A stretch of DNA of 63,826 bases, filler included, from Reclinomonas americana ATCC 50394 (lineage: Eukaryota), in assembly GCA_048213135.1 (NCBI GenBank). It is 20 parts of 20 records of this genome, joined end to end, with 100 filler letters (N's around TTAATTAATTAA, not from the genome) between each part and the next. Parts side by side here need not be neighbours in the genome. Positions count along the whole stretch, not along the records: positions 46,709 to 49,893 come from AFZH01021459.1; positions 49,994 to 54,182 come from AFZH01021460.1; positions 54,283 to 60,418 come from AFZH01021461.1; positions 60,519 to 62,444 come from AFZH01021463.1; 16 more parts are not named here. The stretch is one strand, 5' to 3'. The translations under genes were made by a program, and so were the position numbers. Shown here piece by piece: positions 47,693 to 61,460 of the stretch. The notes beneath the pieces were generated by a model. The model saw nothing but the letters and a program-made list of their open reading frames with translations. It did not search any database and was not told where the DNA came from. How positions within the stretch are numbered: position 1 is the stretch's first letter; each line of letters starts with the position of its first letter.

Positions 47693-48787
47693 ATGGCAAG
47701 CGCTTCTCGCCCTCACTTCCTCCTCTGCCAGCACGTGCAAGAGGGACACACTGGAGGGGCTTTGTGTGCCACTGTCACTCGTGATGGCCAGCACATTGTG
47801 AGTGGAGGCGTCGACCGGACGATTCGTGTGTGGTCGCTCGCGAGTGGAGAAGAGGTGCTGTGCTTGAGGGGGCACTTTAATCTCGTGAATGCTGTCGCCG
47901 TGTCTCCGAATAACGAACACCTGGTGAGTGGGAGCACAGACAACACCGTGCGAGTGTGGTCGCTGGTCAGCGGAGGAGAATTGAGGCAGTTGAGGGGACA
48001 CACTGCGTTGGTGTGGACCGTTGCCGTCTCTCCTGATGGCCATCACGCTGCGAGTGGGAGCATTGACAGGACAGTACGTGTGTGGTCCCTGGTGACTGGT
48101 GAAGAAGTGATACGGTTGAAAGGGCACACTGGTGCAGTGCGTTCTGTCGCCTTCACTACCGACGGTCTGCGTGTTGTGAGTGGTGCTTATGACGGTACCG
48201 TGCGTGTGTGGTCGTTGGTGAGCGGCAATGCAGAGCAACTGCTACGAGGACACACTGGTGGGGTGCTGTGTGTCGCTGTCTCACCCGACGGTCAGCACCT
48301 TGCAAGTGGTGGCGGCTCTGGTGATCTGACAGTGCGCGTGTGGTCACTGGCGAGTGGAGCAGAGGTGCGGCAGTTTGCGGGACACTCTGCTGCGGTGTGG
48401 TCTGTTGCCTTCACCATCGACGGCCATTACGTCGTGAGTGGAAGTGATGACAAGACCGTGTGTGTGTGGTCTGTGGAGAGTGGCGCCGAAGTGCAGCGGC
48501 TGGAGGGACACACGTACCGTGTGCAATCTGTCTCCGTCACCCTCGACGGCCAGCACATTGTGAGTGCAGATAAGTCGGTACGAGTGTGGTGCACACCCGT
48601 CGGTCTTGCGCAACGTGAGCTTGAGAAGGCACGCGAGGCACTGCACGTTGTCCAGGAGATGCAACACGACAGCGGTGAAGAGGTGGACTCACGATGTCTG
48701 CCGGAGATGGTGCTGCGGTGCTTCATTGTTGAAGAGGCTGGGGTTGTGGTGTATCGATGCCTCACCGATCCCGAACTTTGTCTGTGA
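47693..48787 (+). CDS. Intronless WD40 gene, copy G (intact)
   Basis: 364-aa ORF with about 7 repeats and the shared tail. Confidence 0.9.
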   Translation: MASASRPHFLLCQHVQEGHTGGALCATVTRDGQHIVSGGVDRTIRVWSLASGEEVLCLRGHFNLVNAVAVSPNNEHLVSGSTDNTVRVWSLVSGGELRQLRGHTALVWTVAVSPDGHHAASGSIDRTVRVWSLVTGEEVIRLKGHTGAVRSVAFTTDGLRVVSGAYDGTVRVWSLVSGNAEQLLRGHTGGVLCVAVSPDGQHLASGGGSGDLTVRVWSLASGAEVRQFAGHSAAVWSVAFTIDGHYVVSGSDDKTVCVWSVESGAEVQRLEGHTYRVQSVSVTLDGQHIVSADKSVRVWCTPVGLAQRELEKAREALHVVQEMQHDSGEEVDSRCLPEMVLRCFIVEEAGVVVYRCLTDPELCL

Positions 48788-49069
48788 AGATGGTTTGCGG
48801 AGAGTGACGCCTGTGCTCGTTCTCGCCCTTTTTTCTTCCTCATTCTCGATGTCGACGCTGCTGTTGCTCCGCTTTGATCGTTGTCATATTACCTTTCTCG
48901 CTCTCGATCTCTTGCTCATTTCCTGTGAGCTGAAATGAATGCATTCTGTTTCGGAACTCGACGGCAGAGACGCCATGCTGCGCTGCGCTTCTTGAGCTCT
49001 ATCTTGCCAAGTCCATCACGGTTAGCTTCGAGACGTTGATCCCAGGACACTTTTCTCCCTTCTCCGCAA

Positions 49070-49893
49070 ATGTCGAGCCCTGCTCGCCCACTCTTCCTCT
49101 CCCGGCATGTGCTGGAGGGCCACACTGGAGGAGTGCTGTGTGTCACTGTCACTCCCGATGGTCTGCACGCGGTGAGTGGGAGCGTGGACAAGACCGTGCG
49201 GGTGTGGTCACTGGCGAGTGGGAAAGAAGTACGTCGGTTGGAGGGCAACAGAAGCATGGTGCAGCGTGTCACCGTCACTGCCGATGGCCACGACATTGCG
49301 AGTAGAGATGATGACAAGGTCGTGCGAGTGTGGTCTCTGGCAAGTGGAGAACAGAAACAGCAAGTGGACAAGCGCACTGGTGCAGCGCTATTCGCCGCCG
49401 TCACTCCCGACGGTCAGTTCACTGTGAGTGGGATGCATAATGGAACCGTGTGCGTGTGCTCCGTCGCAAGTGGAACTGAGGTGCGACGATGGAGGGCGCA
49501 CGCTCAGTACGTGCGATCTGTCGCCGTCACGCCCGACGGCCAGCACGTTGTCAGCGGGAGTGATGACCAGACGGTGTGCGTGTGGTCACTGGCGAGTGGC
49601 GAGGAGGTGCGACGACTGGAGGGGCACACTGGGTACGTGTTGTCGGTCGCCGTTGCCCCCGACGGGCAGCACGTCGTGAGTGCGAGTTGGGACATGACCG
49701 TGCGAGTGTGGTCGCTGGCCACAGGCCACGAGGTGCACCGACTAGAGGGACACACAGACCGGCTCTTTTCCGTGGCCATCACCCCCGACGGTCAGCACGT
49801 TGTCAGCGGCAGCTTCGACAAGACAGTGCGCGTCTGGTCCACGCCGTGCGGTCTTGCACGGTGTGAGCTCGACCACGCACGCGCAGCGTTGCA
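49070..49893 (+). CDS. Intronless WD40 gene, copy H (3' end in a gap)
   Basis: WD repeats followed by STPCGLARCELDHARAAL, the start of the shared tail. Confidence 0.85.
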
Positions 49894-50164
49894 NNNNNNN
49901 NNNNNNNNNNNNNNNNNNNNNNNNNNNNNNNNNNNNNTTAATTAATTAANNNNNNNNNNNNNNNNNNNNNNNNNNNNNNNNNNNNNNNNNNNNGTCTCTC
50001 GAGCTCCCCCCTCTCTCCATTGTCCTCCCTCTCTCCCTCCCTTCCCCCTTGCCCTCCCTTCCCTCCACACCCACTTGCCCCATAATTTCTCTGTTTTCAT
50101 TCCTTTCCTGTGTATTCACCACCTACTTCCCCTTTTTTTTCACAAACCCCTCCCTTCTCCTCTC

Positions 50165-53100
50165 TCACGCCGGGATGCCAATCGCCACCCACGTCACATA
50201 CGTCTCCTCCACACCTCCCCCACTGCTCGCCGTCACCGTCATCTGCCCGTACGCTCCACTCGCCGCGCTGCCTTGCGATGGAACCACATCTGTCGGCAGA
50301 ATCGACGGATTGACCTGCGATGCACCAGTGCCGGTTGTCTTCCATCCGCGCAAGAACGCGGCGGTGTGGAAATCATTCTGCTTTAACCCGCGGGTTGATT
50401 GACGGCTGATGAGGGTGACCACCAGCGGCGCGTTTCCCACGAGCGTGCTCTCTGCAACATGACGGTGATCCAGGTCAGTAATCGTCAACTGCCTGCTAAT
50501 CTCCGCAGACAAACTCACCTCCCGAAACCATCACGTAGCCACTGGAATTGTCACGCGGCACCAGCCGCGATCCCACCAGCATGGAGCGCAGCTCCAACGC
50601 CTGCACGCGACTATCGCCGCGCACCGTCATCAACACCTGCGAGGTGGCAGCGGCCACATCACCGACAGCCACCTCAAAGTTGTCGCTGCGCGCCGTGCCA
50701 CTCGGATCGAGTCGAATGGACCGCACACCCGTCAGCGCCAGCGCAATCGACGGAATCTCATCAAACCCGAACGCATGGGCATTCACCATTTCCTGCTCAC
50801 ACAGCCGCGCGGTTGCGATGAATGAGTCCAGCGACCATACACAGGTCTGCTTGCATCAACAAACCGTGGTGAAATTCTTGTCGGTGGCCAGGCTCAGCCA
50901 CTCATTGGCAGCTTTCTGACGCGGCAACTCGTTGTCGTGGGTGTACGTCGCGGCAGGGTCCGCGTACATGGCGATGAAATCTGCGACGTAGGTCGTGAGT
51001 TTCATGGAAGTGTGCATGAGAACTAAATCGATCTCACGAAACTGGTAATGAGCGAGTCAAACTGCGCAGTGCCGAGTGCCGAGCACTGTACCGTCAGCAT
51101 AAAATTGGTGACCGACGGCCTCGCGCAGCGAATGTCAGTGTCGCCCTCAATCGTATTGGAGAGAGCGGAGATGCCAAAGAGCACAGTGGGAATCGCCGGG
51201 AACGATTGCACAAAGCGGTGCGTGATCTCCACGGAGCGAGTGCCAGTGCCAGTGCTCATCTGTCGCACAATCAGGAAGCAAACGTCAGCATGCAAGCCGT
51301 GGACACCATGTGATCGAAAATGCCATGCTATCCAACCCGCTCCTCTGTCCCTCCTCTCTGTTTCACACATAAACTCTCTGACTCACCCACTTGTTGTTGT
51401 TTATCTCATCAACAGCACCTCAACATTTCCTTTCTGTCCCCCACCTCCTCTCCTCGCACGCACAGTTGACCTTCAAAGTCGACCTCCTCTATGTCACTCA
51501 TCTGTTGAATCCCCAAGCACACACTCCCAAAAGTCTCAGCCATTCCCCCTCCTCAACTCTTCCACTCCTGTCACCCACAATTCGTCCCCTCATGCGGTGC
51601 ATTCACATCACACAGGGGAACAACTAATCTTTTCCTCTCCCCAGTCGGTCTCTCACTCTCGTAGGACACGAACAATCTCCACTGATGCCCTCCTCCTATC
51701 TCACTCCTCCTTCTTACCGTCGTCACACAATACCACAAATATTGACAACCTGTCCTTCCTCTCTTCTCCCTCCAACCTCTCTCTCGCATACAGAATCAAC
51801 CTCCATTGACAGCGCTCGCTTTGTAACCCTCTCGATGGCATCCAATCCACACACTACCACAACCTATTCTATCCCTATCCCCCTCTGACTTGCGACACAC
51901 ACAGCCTCCACAGTGCACTTCTTACTGTTACTATCTCGCCAATGCATTCTCATCCACACTGCCACAAGGTATCAATTCCCTTCCCACGTCTGATGATCCT
52001 CTTTTACCACACGCACTGCCTCCACGGAACACTTCTCATTGTTACTATCTCTGCAATGCATTCTCATCCACACTAACATAAGAAGGTATCAATTCCCTTC
52101 ACACGTCTGATGATCCTCCCTTGCCACACACACAAGCAGCCTCCGCAGACATTCTCCTCTTTTCTCCTCTCTCCAATACATTCCCATGTGTACACCCTCA
52201 ACCGCAACCAATCCGCTCCATCCCTCCTCTGTCGATTCTCACTGTCACACGCATATATTTCCACAGACATTCTTCTCCTCTCCCTTGCATCCATCCACAC
52301 ACATACTTAATCAACGTATCATTTTCTTCCCCATCGGGCGATTGCTGTCACACACACATTTTCACAGACATTCTTCTCCTCTCCCTTGCATCCATCCACA
52401 TTACCTACCACGACAACTCGTTTCCCTCCCCCCTCCTGCATTTCTTCGCATGCCACACACAATCTCCCTCGAACTGACTTTCCTTTGATTCTCTCTTCCT
52501 TGCATCCATGCACACACTGTCGACCACGACTCATCCTTTACATCCCCCCTCTGACGATCTTCTCTCGCCATCCAATCCCCACTGACACACTTCTGTCTGT
52601 TTCTCTCTCCTTCACATCCCCATCAACACACTCACTGCCGCAACCAATCCGTCTCCTTTTCTCCTCCTTCTCCTTTCCATTCTTGGCACTCTCATTCACC
52701 TATTCATCCCCAGACGGTCCTCTCCTTCGTCACAAATTCTCCACAGACACACTTCTCCTCGTTACACTCCCCAACGCGTTCCCATCCACATACTTTCAAA
52801 GCTAATCTGTTCCCTTTCTCCCTTCTGCCTTTCCCTCTTTTGTAATGCACACAAACTCAACAGATATTCTTCAGTCTGTTTCTCTCTCCCTTGCTTTCCC
52901 ATCAATACACTTCCACCCTCTGTCACTTCCTCGCAAAAAATGCCTCCAAAACCCCCCTTCTCCTCGACTCACTTCCCTCCCTCCCCTTCCCACCTAACCT
53001 CTCTTCTCCTCGTCTCACATCCTTCCACATCGCCCATTATCTTCCCTACTCCTTGTCTTCACTCCCTCCTCCCCTTCCCTCTTTACCTCCTTCCCTCTTT

Positions 53101-56100
53101 ACCCCCCTTCCCTCTTTACCCGCCTTCCCTCTGCACCTTCCTTCCCTTTAATCCTCCCTTACCTCTTCAACCCCTTCCCTCTTTACATCCTTCCCTCTTC
53201 ACCTCCCTTCCCTCGTCACCTCCCTTCCCTCTTCACCACGCAACAATTGTCCCCGCCTGGTTGGCCACCACCGACGACGTCTGCACCAGCATACCCGAGG
53301 TAACACGAATGTCGCTGTTCGACACCGCCTTGTACGTCGCCCCTGGAGTGGTTGCCACACAGAATGTGGCATACACCGCCTTGGAGCTCGTGAGCTGCAC
53401 TTTGAACTGTCCACAGCCGCCAGCAACAGATCCATAGAAGCATGACGACGCATCAAAGACGCCGTCCTGGAAGGCCGTAAGCGCAAGGGCCGCTGACGAG
53501 AGAGAGATACGCAAAGAGGGTGAACCGTGAGTACAGATCTCCTCCACCCACCGCCCGCGCAAAATCTTATCATTCTCAGCACTCACCCGAAGCCGGACCA
53601 TTGCAGTCGGATCCAGCGTCGACCACCTTGAAACGAGTACAATTCGACAGCGTGCGTGATGGCGAATGCAACACCAGCGTAGTTGGTACACCGAGAGGCA
53701 GAGACTTTGGAGAAATGAAGCCGACATCGGGGTCGGTGACGGTCGTGATGGTCAATTGCACACCGAGAGGCACATACGAGCCGTCTTGGAAGCTGTGAGG
53801 AGAAATGTCGTCAGTGGAATAGTCGATGGTGGTGAAACGTCATTAGATCAATCGCATTCTCTCTTATCCTTCCACTGTTCTCGTTGAACATGAAGGAGAA
53901 TGACAAAAAGTCTCACTCATTTGCGCATGCAGTCTCTCACTGTCAGTTGCCTACTGTTCCTCAGCCCTCGTGCCTCTCGCAACCGCCCTCTCATTCACAT
54001 CCTTCCACGTCTCTCGCACAAACAGAAGATCTACTTCGTGGCTCACCTACCTCTCCCGCTTTACTTCATCTCTCCTCCCGGCACCCACTGCTTTGTTCTT
54101 TCTGCCTCACATCCTCCACTCTCACGCCCTTTCTCAACACCATTTCCCCTCGCCCATATCTCTCTCAACGGCAATACCCTCTNNNNNNNNNNNNNNNNNN
54201 NNNNNNNNNNNNNNNNNNNNNNNNNNTTAATTAATTAANNNNNNNNNNNNNNNNNNNNNNNNNNNNNNNNNNNNNNNNNNNNACATCCTCCACTCTCACG
54301 CCCTTCTCAACACCATTTCCCCTCGCCCATATCTCTCTCAACGGCAATACCTCTCTCTCTCCCCTGTCTCTCTTTCTTCACCGTCGTTCCTCCCTTTCCC
54401 CATCTCCCCCTCCCCTCCTCCCTCTCTCTTTCTCCCCCTCCCCTCCCTTTCCCACTTCCCCTCCCCTCCTTTTCCCTCTTTCCCTCCGCAACACACCGAC
54501 CACAAATTTGATACGTGCCAGGTGGATCCAGCGTGCACGAGGCGAGTGAGACCGCAGAAATGGTGGAAACCGTGGCCGTAATACGCGTCGGCGACACCGC
54601 ACTGACCACAAAGGCAGCCGCCCGCAAGTCCATCGACGAACAGTCGGTGGCGAGTGAAAGGAAGAATGCCAGTGGTGCGCCTCCAGGTGTGACTGGATTA
54701 CTGCCATTGGCGGCACTTGTAGCCAGCAACGGGAAGTCACCGCCCGACAGGACCACAGTTTGCGACTTGATGCCCTGAGATATGGAAGGCGCGGAAGTGC
54801 TCTTGACACGATCTGCATACTCACCTCGTAAGAAGAAAAGGAAGTAAACTTGACAGCAAAATATCTCCAGCAGGAACGCAACAAATGGATACAGACGCCA
54901 TGCTGAAGTAGCCTGCCAGGTCAGTGGACGACAGGCACAACTGCTGCTTGGTTGGTGTTGGCTCTCCAGTCGTGTCGAATGTCCATGTGATGGTATAGGT
55001 CGTGCCATCAGACGCGATGTTGAAGCCGCTAATGATGGTGGCCACATTTCCGCGGCAGTCGGCGTTCTTAAACAGTGTAAATGACGGTGTGGCAAAGGGG
55101 AACGAGGCCACTGGCACCGTCAGCACCACCACTTGTCCGGACAAACCGACGCGAAGACCGATTGTGCTAGATGTTGTTGCGCCAGTGACTACGGACAGAT
55201 GCAGGAGAATGAGAAGGATGATGGATGTGAGCATGACATGCTGGGTGACCGCACCCATAGTCGTTGTGTTGCCGATTGTCACCGTGTACGACGACGCCAC
55301 AGTTGGGAATGAAAATGTTGGCAACGGCACTGCCGAAAAACACAAGCACATGAGCAACTCATTTCGATCTCTGCACTCTTCGCACTCTCCACTCGTACTC
55401 ACAGACTGTAAGTTGACCACCGGCGACGACAGTAAACGATCCGACGCCACCAAACTGAATGCTGTAATACACAGTGTGAGTGAAAGGAATACATTCACGC
55501 TGGCTCAAGCTCGCTTCTCGCAGAGAGTAAGAGAAAGGAAAACGAGCTTTTGACCAAAAGAAACCACCGAAGACGACCAAGAATTCTCATTCAATCGATG
55601 CAAATGTCTCCAGTCTACAAACTCCATCCACTATCCTCTGCAATACGGGGCTCCATTCTAATGTAATCTCGTGCATCTCGCTCAACATACATGCTTTCAT
55701 CCACAGTGTCTCTCTGGCCACATGATGCATGTTACAACTCACTCATTCTGTTCACCGTTGCTTCCACATTCCTCATCCCGTCACCTCCTTTTCCTCCCTG
55801 CCAGCTGAGCTGGTCTCACTCTCTCGCCCTCGCTCACTAGCTCACATATACACACTGTCACACTGCACAAGTTCTCGCACACGGAAACAACCGTACATTC
55901 TCATTGGTCCCAGTTTCTATTCTCCCCTATAGCTACTCATCTCTCACCTCCTCTTTTCTCTCTCTCTTCTTCCCCTCTCCTTTCTCTTACATTCCATTAT
56001 CTCCTCTCATCTTTCCTCTCATCCCCTCTCTCATACATTCTCCTCTTTTCCTCTCTTCCCTTCTCCTTTCTTCCCTTCTCCTTTCTTCCCTTCTCCTTTC

Positions 56101-59100
56101 TTCCCTTCTTCTTTCTTCCCTTCTTCTTCTCTCTTCTCCTCCCGTCTCCTCTCCTTCCTCTTCTCTCTTCCCTTCCCTTTCCCTCTCCCTCTCCTCCCTT
56201 CCCCCCCTCTCTTCTTATCTCCTGCCTTCCCTTCACGCCCTTCTCTTCTCTTCCCCCCTTTCCCTTCTCCTCCCCACTCACCACACATAGAATGATCCAA
56301 CTGGAACGGAATTCTCCGCAGTCGTCGCCACGACGACCTCACGAGCCGACGCCACGCCGCCAAACGACTGCGCTGCGAGACGATAGGCAGTCGCCCCCGA
56401 ACACGTTCCAGAGGGCATCAGCTGCACATTATCCGATGCCAACAGACCGTGACCGGTGACAGTCAGCAGTGCGCCAGCCAGCTGACCGGTGATGGTGGAA
56501 GGAGTGAAAGCATCGGCACTCGACACTGATCACACAAGCACGGTGAGCGAACGGAAGCCGCAGTGTTTCCAAATACGGACAGGAAGCTGTTTGCATACCG
56601 ACTACGAGAGCCGAATTCGGGACCATGACGTACGGGTAACCGAGTGTGCCCACAAAGTGGTAGCTGTTGGGCACGAATGGTGAGCAATAAACAGTGGAGA
56701 CACATAAAGCAAATTCATGGATTGAGATAGACGACTGACCAGACAGCATAGTAGCCACTCGGAAGGAAACTCGTGTCCAGCGTCACAATCTTTTGCAACC
56801 CACCAGCCACTGACGTCGACGTGAGCGAGTACGATGTGGCAGTGTCGCAAGACACGAAAACACTTGTGCCCAAGAAGAGCGCGGCGGTATCGGCCTGCTG
56901 CAAACCGGCACCGGTGATCGTTATGTGCACACCAGCAGTCTCCGCGACGATGGTTGCCGGACTGTACCCGGTAACTACCAGCGGAGTCACTGGTCGACAA
57001 GTGCATGAGCAACGACGTGGAAACGTTCATGATGCACGATGCGCGGCATCAACGTACCAACAGAAATTTCAGTCGTGCCGACTTTAGAGTATGCGCCTCC
57101 CGTCGGGTACGTCAGTTGAATGCTGCGACGGGATATCAACGATGAGCACAGCAAATACGATGACAAGTAAATGAGTAGCGCAGATGGGGGATGCAAGAGC
57201 ACGAATAAACGTGCCATGGCAAGATGGCACACAAACACTGCACCAATTCTGCTTCTCTGAAAGCACCCGAGGTGAAATAGAGAAGATAGAAAGTACAAAC
57301 AAAGGGCGTCTGCGCCGACAAAGATCGTAAAGAATTGAGCGTAGAGAGACAGCCCAGCGCTACTCCAAAACGAACCACACAGAGTAGGTGCCATTAGTGA
57401 GACTGGTATCTGGTGTGAATGCCGTCTTCAACCGCGCTCCTGCCACGCCAGCTGTTGCAGCACTCGGAGTCAAAGGGAACTGCGGACTGCCGCTGCAAGT
57501 CGTCCCAGACACCAGCTTGACCGCATCGGCCGCAAGCAGGCCGTGCCCCGTAATGGTAATCACTAGATTGGCGGTTCCAGAGAAGGTCGTGTCTGGTGAG
57601 AAAGCATCGGCCGTCTCGACTGTTTATCAGCAGCGCAGGAAAATGCAACCCACGAAGAAATGTAAGGCAGCACAATCAATACCATGGAGACCGTGATATG
57701 AACGTACCAGCAGTAATCGTGCCGCCAGAGACCGCCACATAGCCGGTGGTGTAGCTGAACTGAATGCTGGGAGAGGAGAAATTGTTGAGAGAAGAGGAAG
57801 AAGAGAGGATACCATGCAGTGCGCATGAGACTAGAAACGCGCATCCACTAACCAAATAGTGTAGGGGCCCGCCGGAATGGTGAGACCAGGAGTGGAAACC
57901 GTTAAAACTCGCGCACCCGCTGACCCGCTAAATGAGCCCGTTGACAGGCTGTACGTTGTACCCGCGCAGCCGACACCGGCAGCAAGTTGCACAGAATCGG
58001 AGTTGGCAAGGCCGTGGCCAGTAACGGAAATCAACTCGCCACTGGTCTCGGAGCGAATCGATGAAGGAGTGAAGGAGTCGCCGCTTGCACCTGTGGTAAC
58101 GGAGAAAATGAAATGCGGGATAGATGCGGGGAGACAACAAAGGGGACAAGGCAACAACGAGAAAACGGTGGACGCAATGTGTGTGAACGCACCAACTTCC
58201 AATGCACTGCCGACACTGACAAGACTGCCGGCAGCGTCGTACTGATAGCTGTGAGAGTTCAGCAAAAACGAGTGAGCAAAACAGAGCAAGACACAATCAC
58301 ATTCAACCATACCACACAGTGTAAAATCCCGCAGCGATCGCAGTGCTTGACGTGGTGAAGCGAACCGTGCGCGCTCCGGCGCTTCCACCGACAGTGCCAG
58401 TTGTCAACGTGAACGAAGTCGAACCACCACACGTTGCACCCAATACAAGTCGCACAGCATCTGTGTTTGACAAAGCGCGTCCAGTTACTGTCACGGCTTC
58501 GCCAGTCGTCTCTGCAGTGATCTTCGACGGCGAGTATGACGTTGCCGATTTGGCTGTAATGGAGCGCACAACCAGTTAGCGGAATGGAACTAAAACTAGA
58601 CCTTGAATCAAGAAAACAGTACGCAACAGACGGTCAGTGCTCCCGTCAGCGCCACAAACGACCCAGTGTTGTTGTACTTGTAGCTGTTCCATGCACATGA
58701 CGTAAGTCGTACAGCAGAAAATCGCGTAAAAGAGAATCACTTTGTAAAAACAACAAGCACGCCAGCTCAATCCCTCCACACCTCATCCCATCTCATCTCC
58801 ACACACACACACACTCACCACACCACATACGATCCAGCCGGCGTCAGATTCACATTCGCCGCAGTGCCAACCACAGTCCGCGCTCCCGCAACACCTCCCG
58901 CCGATCCCACAGCCAGATCGTACGTCGTCGCTCCGCCACACGAAGCACCGAGCACCAGACGAATCGCATCCGCCGTCGTCAATCCACGTCCAGTCACCGT
59001 GATCGTCTGTCCACTCGTCTCCGCCACAATCGAACTCGGCGAGAATGACTCCGCCAGTTTGTCTGCAAAAGAGGGAGGAGAGAAAACGAAAGAAAAACGA

Positions 59101-61425
59101 AGGGGAGAGGGGAGAAGTGGAGACGCATACAAGTTAGATCCTTCGACATGTACAACTTCAAACACACTAACTCTCTCGCACTCTCATTCTCTCTCTCTCT
59201 CTCTCAGACACACACAAATTCTTCTCTCTCTCACACACACACACATTCATTCTCTCTCCACAGAATCACTCAACTGACATTCAAAAGCGTCGATGTCACT
59301 TGCACATATGCCCCCGTGCCGTTGAACCGATAGCTGCACGGTTGTCATCGCACACACATTAAATCTGTGACAAGCCGACTTTCTTCTCAGCAACACCAAT
59401 GCGGATAGCGAAAGACGAACCACACAGAGCACTGTCCCGCCGGCGTCAGATTCACATCACTCGTCGTCACCGTCAATGTCCATGCACCCGGTGATCCTCC
59501 GCGCGCTCCACTCGTCATGCTGTACGACGGCGATCCAGAGCAACCAGATCCAGACACAAGCTTCACATCGTCACTGGCCGTGAGACCATGGCCGGTCACC
59601 GTCACACTCTGTCCAGTCGTCTCACTCGTGATGCTCGCCGGCGTGAACGAGTCCGCAGACGGTACTACACACACACACACATGAACCAAAACAAACAACA
59701 ATATAATACCCAAATGAGTCGCAACCCTGCACCAGATCACACACACCCATGGACGCACACACGCACCGATAGCCAACACGCCAGGCACTTGCAGCCACAC
59801 CCCAGCTTGAGCACCTCCAAAGTGAATGCTGTGCGACACAAACAACACGCAACAATCAGTGCATGGAGAAAAAGGAGCGTACCTCATAGGGAACACTCTT
59901 CCTCTCTTCACCACTGTCCGTCATTCTCTCACTCACTCTTTCTACAACATGCAATGTTCTCACTTGACAGACAGCACGCTTCTTATTGCGCCTCCCCAAC
60001 TCGTGCTCCAAAAAAAACATGACACGCACCACACCCAGTACGATCCAACACCAAGCGACGTGCTCGTGGTTTGTCGAATCGTCGTCAGACCATCGACCGC
60101 CGTCGAAACAAGCGCCAGTACAGTGCCAGCACCCGTACACGCTCCCGCACTCTGCACTTGCACCACATCTGCATTCGACAGACCACTGCCACTCACAGTC
60201 ACTTGCACGCCACTCGTCTCCGCAATGATGCTGCTCGGTGAGAAGCTCGTCACTGCAATGACGCACCAATGTCAGCAACACAAGACACATACGATCGAAT
60301 ACTCATCACCGCGGAGACACACAGACCTGCGGCCACGAGCAACGAAGTACTGCCGACTTGCACAGGCGTGCCCACTCCACCGTACAAGTAACTGAACAAA
60401 AAACAAATCAAACACACANNNNNNNNNNNNNNNNNNNNNNNNNNNNNNNNNNNNNNNNNNNNTTAATTAATTAANNNNNNNNNNNNNNNNNNNNNNNNNN
60501 NNNNNNNNNNNNNNNNNNATGACGGCGACCCAGAGCACCCAGTTCCAGAAACAAGTTTCACGTCGTCACTGGCCGTGAGACCATGGCCAGTCACCGTCAC
60601 ACTCTGACCCGTCGTCTCACTCGTGATGCTCGCCGGTGTGTACGAGTCCGCAGACGGTACTGTACACACACAAACACACACACATAAACCAAAGCAAACA
60701 ACAACAATAATACTCAAAATGAGTCGCAACCCTGCACCAGATCACAGACACCCATGGAAGCACACACACGCACCGACAGCCAACACGCCAGGCACTTGCA
60801 ACCACACCCCAGCTTGAGCACCCCCAAAGTGAATGCTGTGCGACACAAACAACATGCAACAATCAGTGCATGGAGAAAAAGGAGCGTACCTCATAGGGAA
60901 CACTCTTCCTCTCTTCCCCACTGTCCGCTATTCTCTCACTCACTCTTTCTACAACATGCAATGTTCTCACTTGACAGACAGCACGCTTCTTACTGTCGCC
61001 TCCAAAAAGAAACTTGTGCTCACAAAAAAATATGACACGCACCACACCCAATACGATCCAACACCAAGCGACGTGCTCGTCGTTTGTCGAATCGTCGTCA
61101 GACCATCGACCGCCGTCGAAACAAGCGCCAGTACAGTACCAGCACCCGTACACGCTCCTGCACTCTGCACTTGCACCACATCCGCATCCGATAGACCGCT
61201 GCCACTCACAGTCACTTGCACGCCACTCGTCTCCGCAATGATGCTGCTCGGTGAGAAGCTCGTCACTGCAATGACGCACCAATGTCAGCAACACAGGACA
61301 CAGACGATCGAATACTCATCACCGCGGAGACACACAGACCTGCGGCCACGAGCAACGAAGTACTGCCGACTTGCACAGGCGTACCCACTCCACCGTACAA
61401 GTAGCTGAACATAAACAAAAGACAC

Positions 61426-61460
<35 letters not shown>

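Noticed and set aside
54110..54350. Direct repeat flanking the gap at 54183-54282
   Set aside because: Most likely overlapping contig ends that were not merged.
55440..55498. Apparent signal-peptide start MNVFLSLTLCITAFSLVAS suggesting a separate gene
   Set aside because: Another frame gives the expected short repeat exon (CIQFGGVGSFTVVAGGQLTV) with proper splice sites.
59875..59890. GAG|GTACGC recursive-splice-like site in the surface-protein intron (also near 60889, and GAG|GTGAGT near 54825)
   Set aside because: GAG is a poor acceptor, direct splicing already preserves the frame, and the second copy is explained by block duplication.
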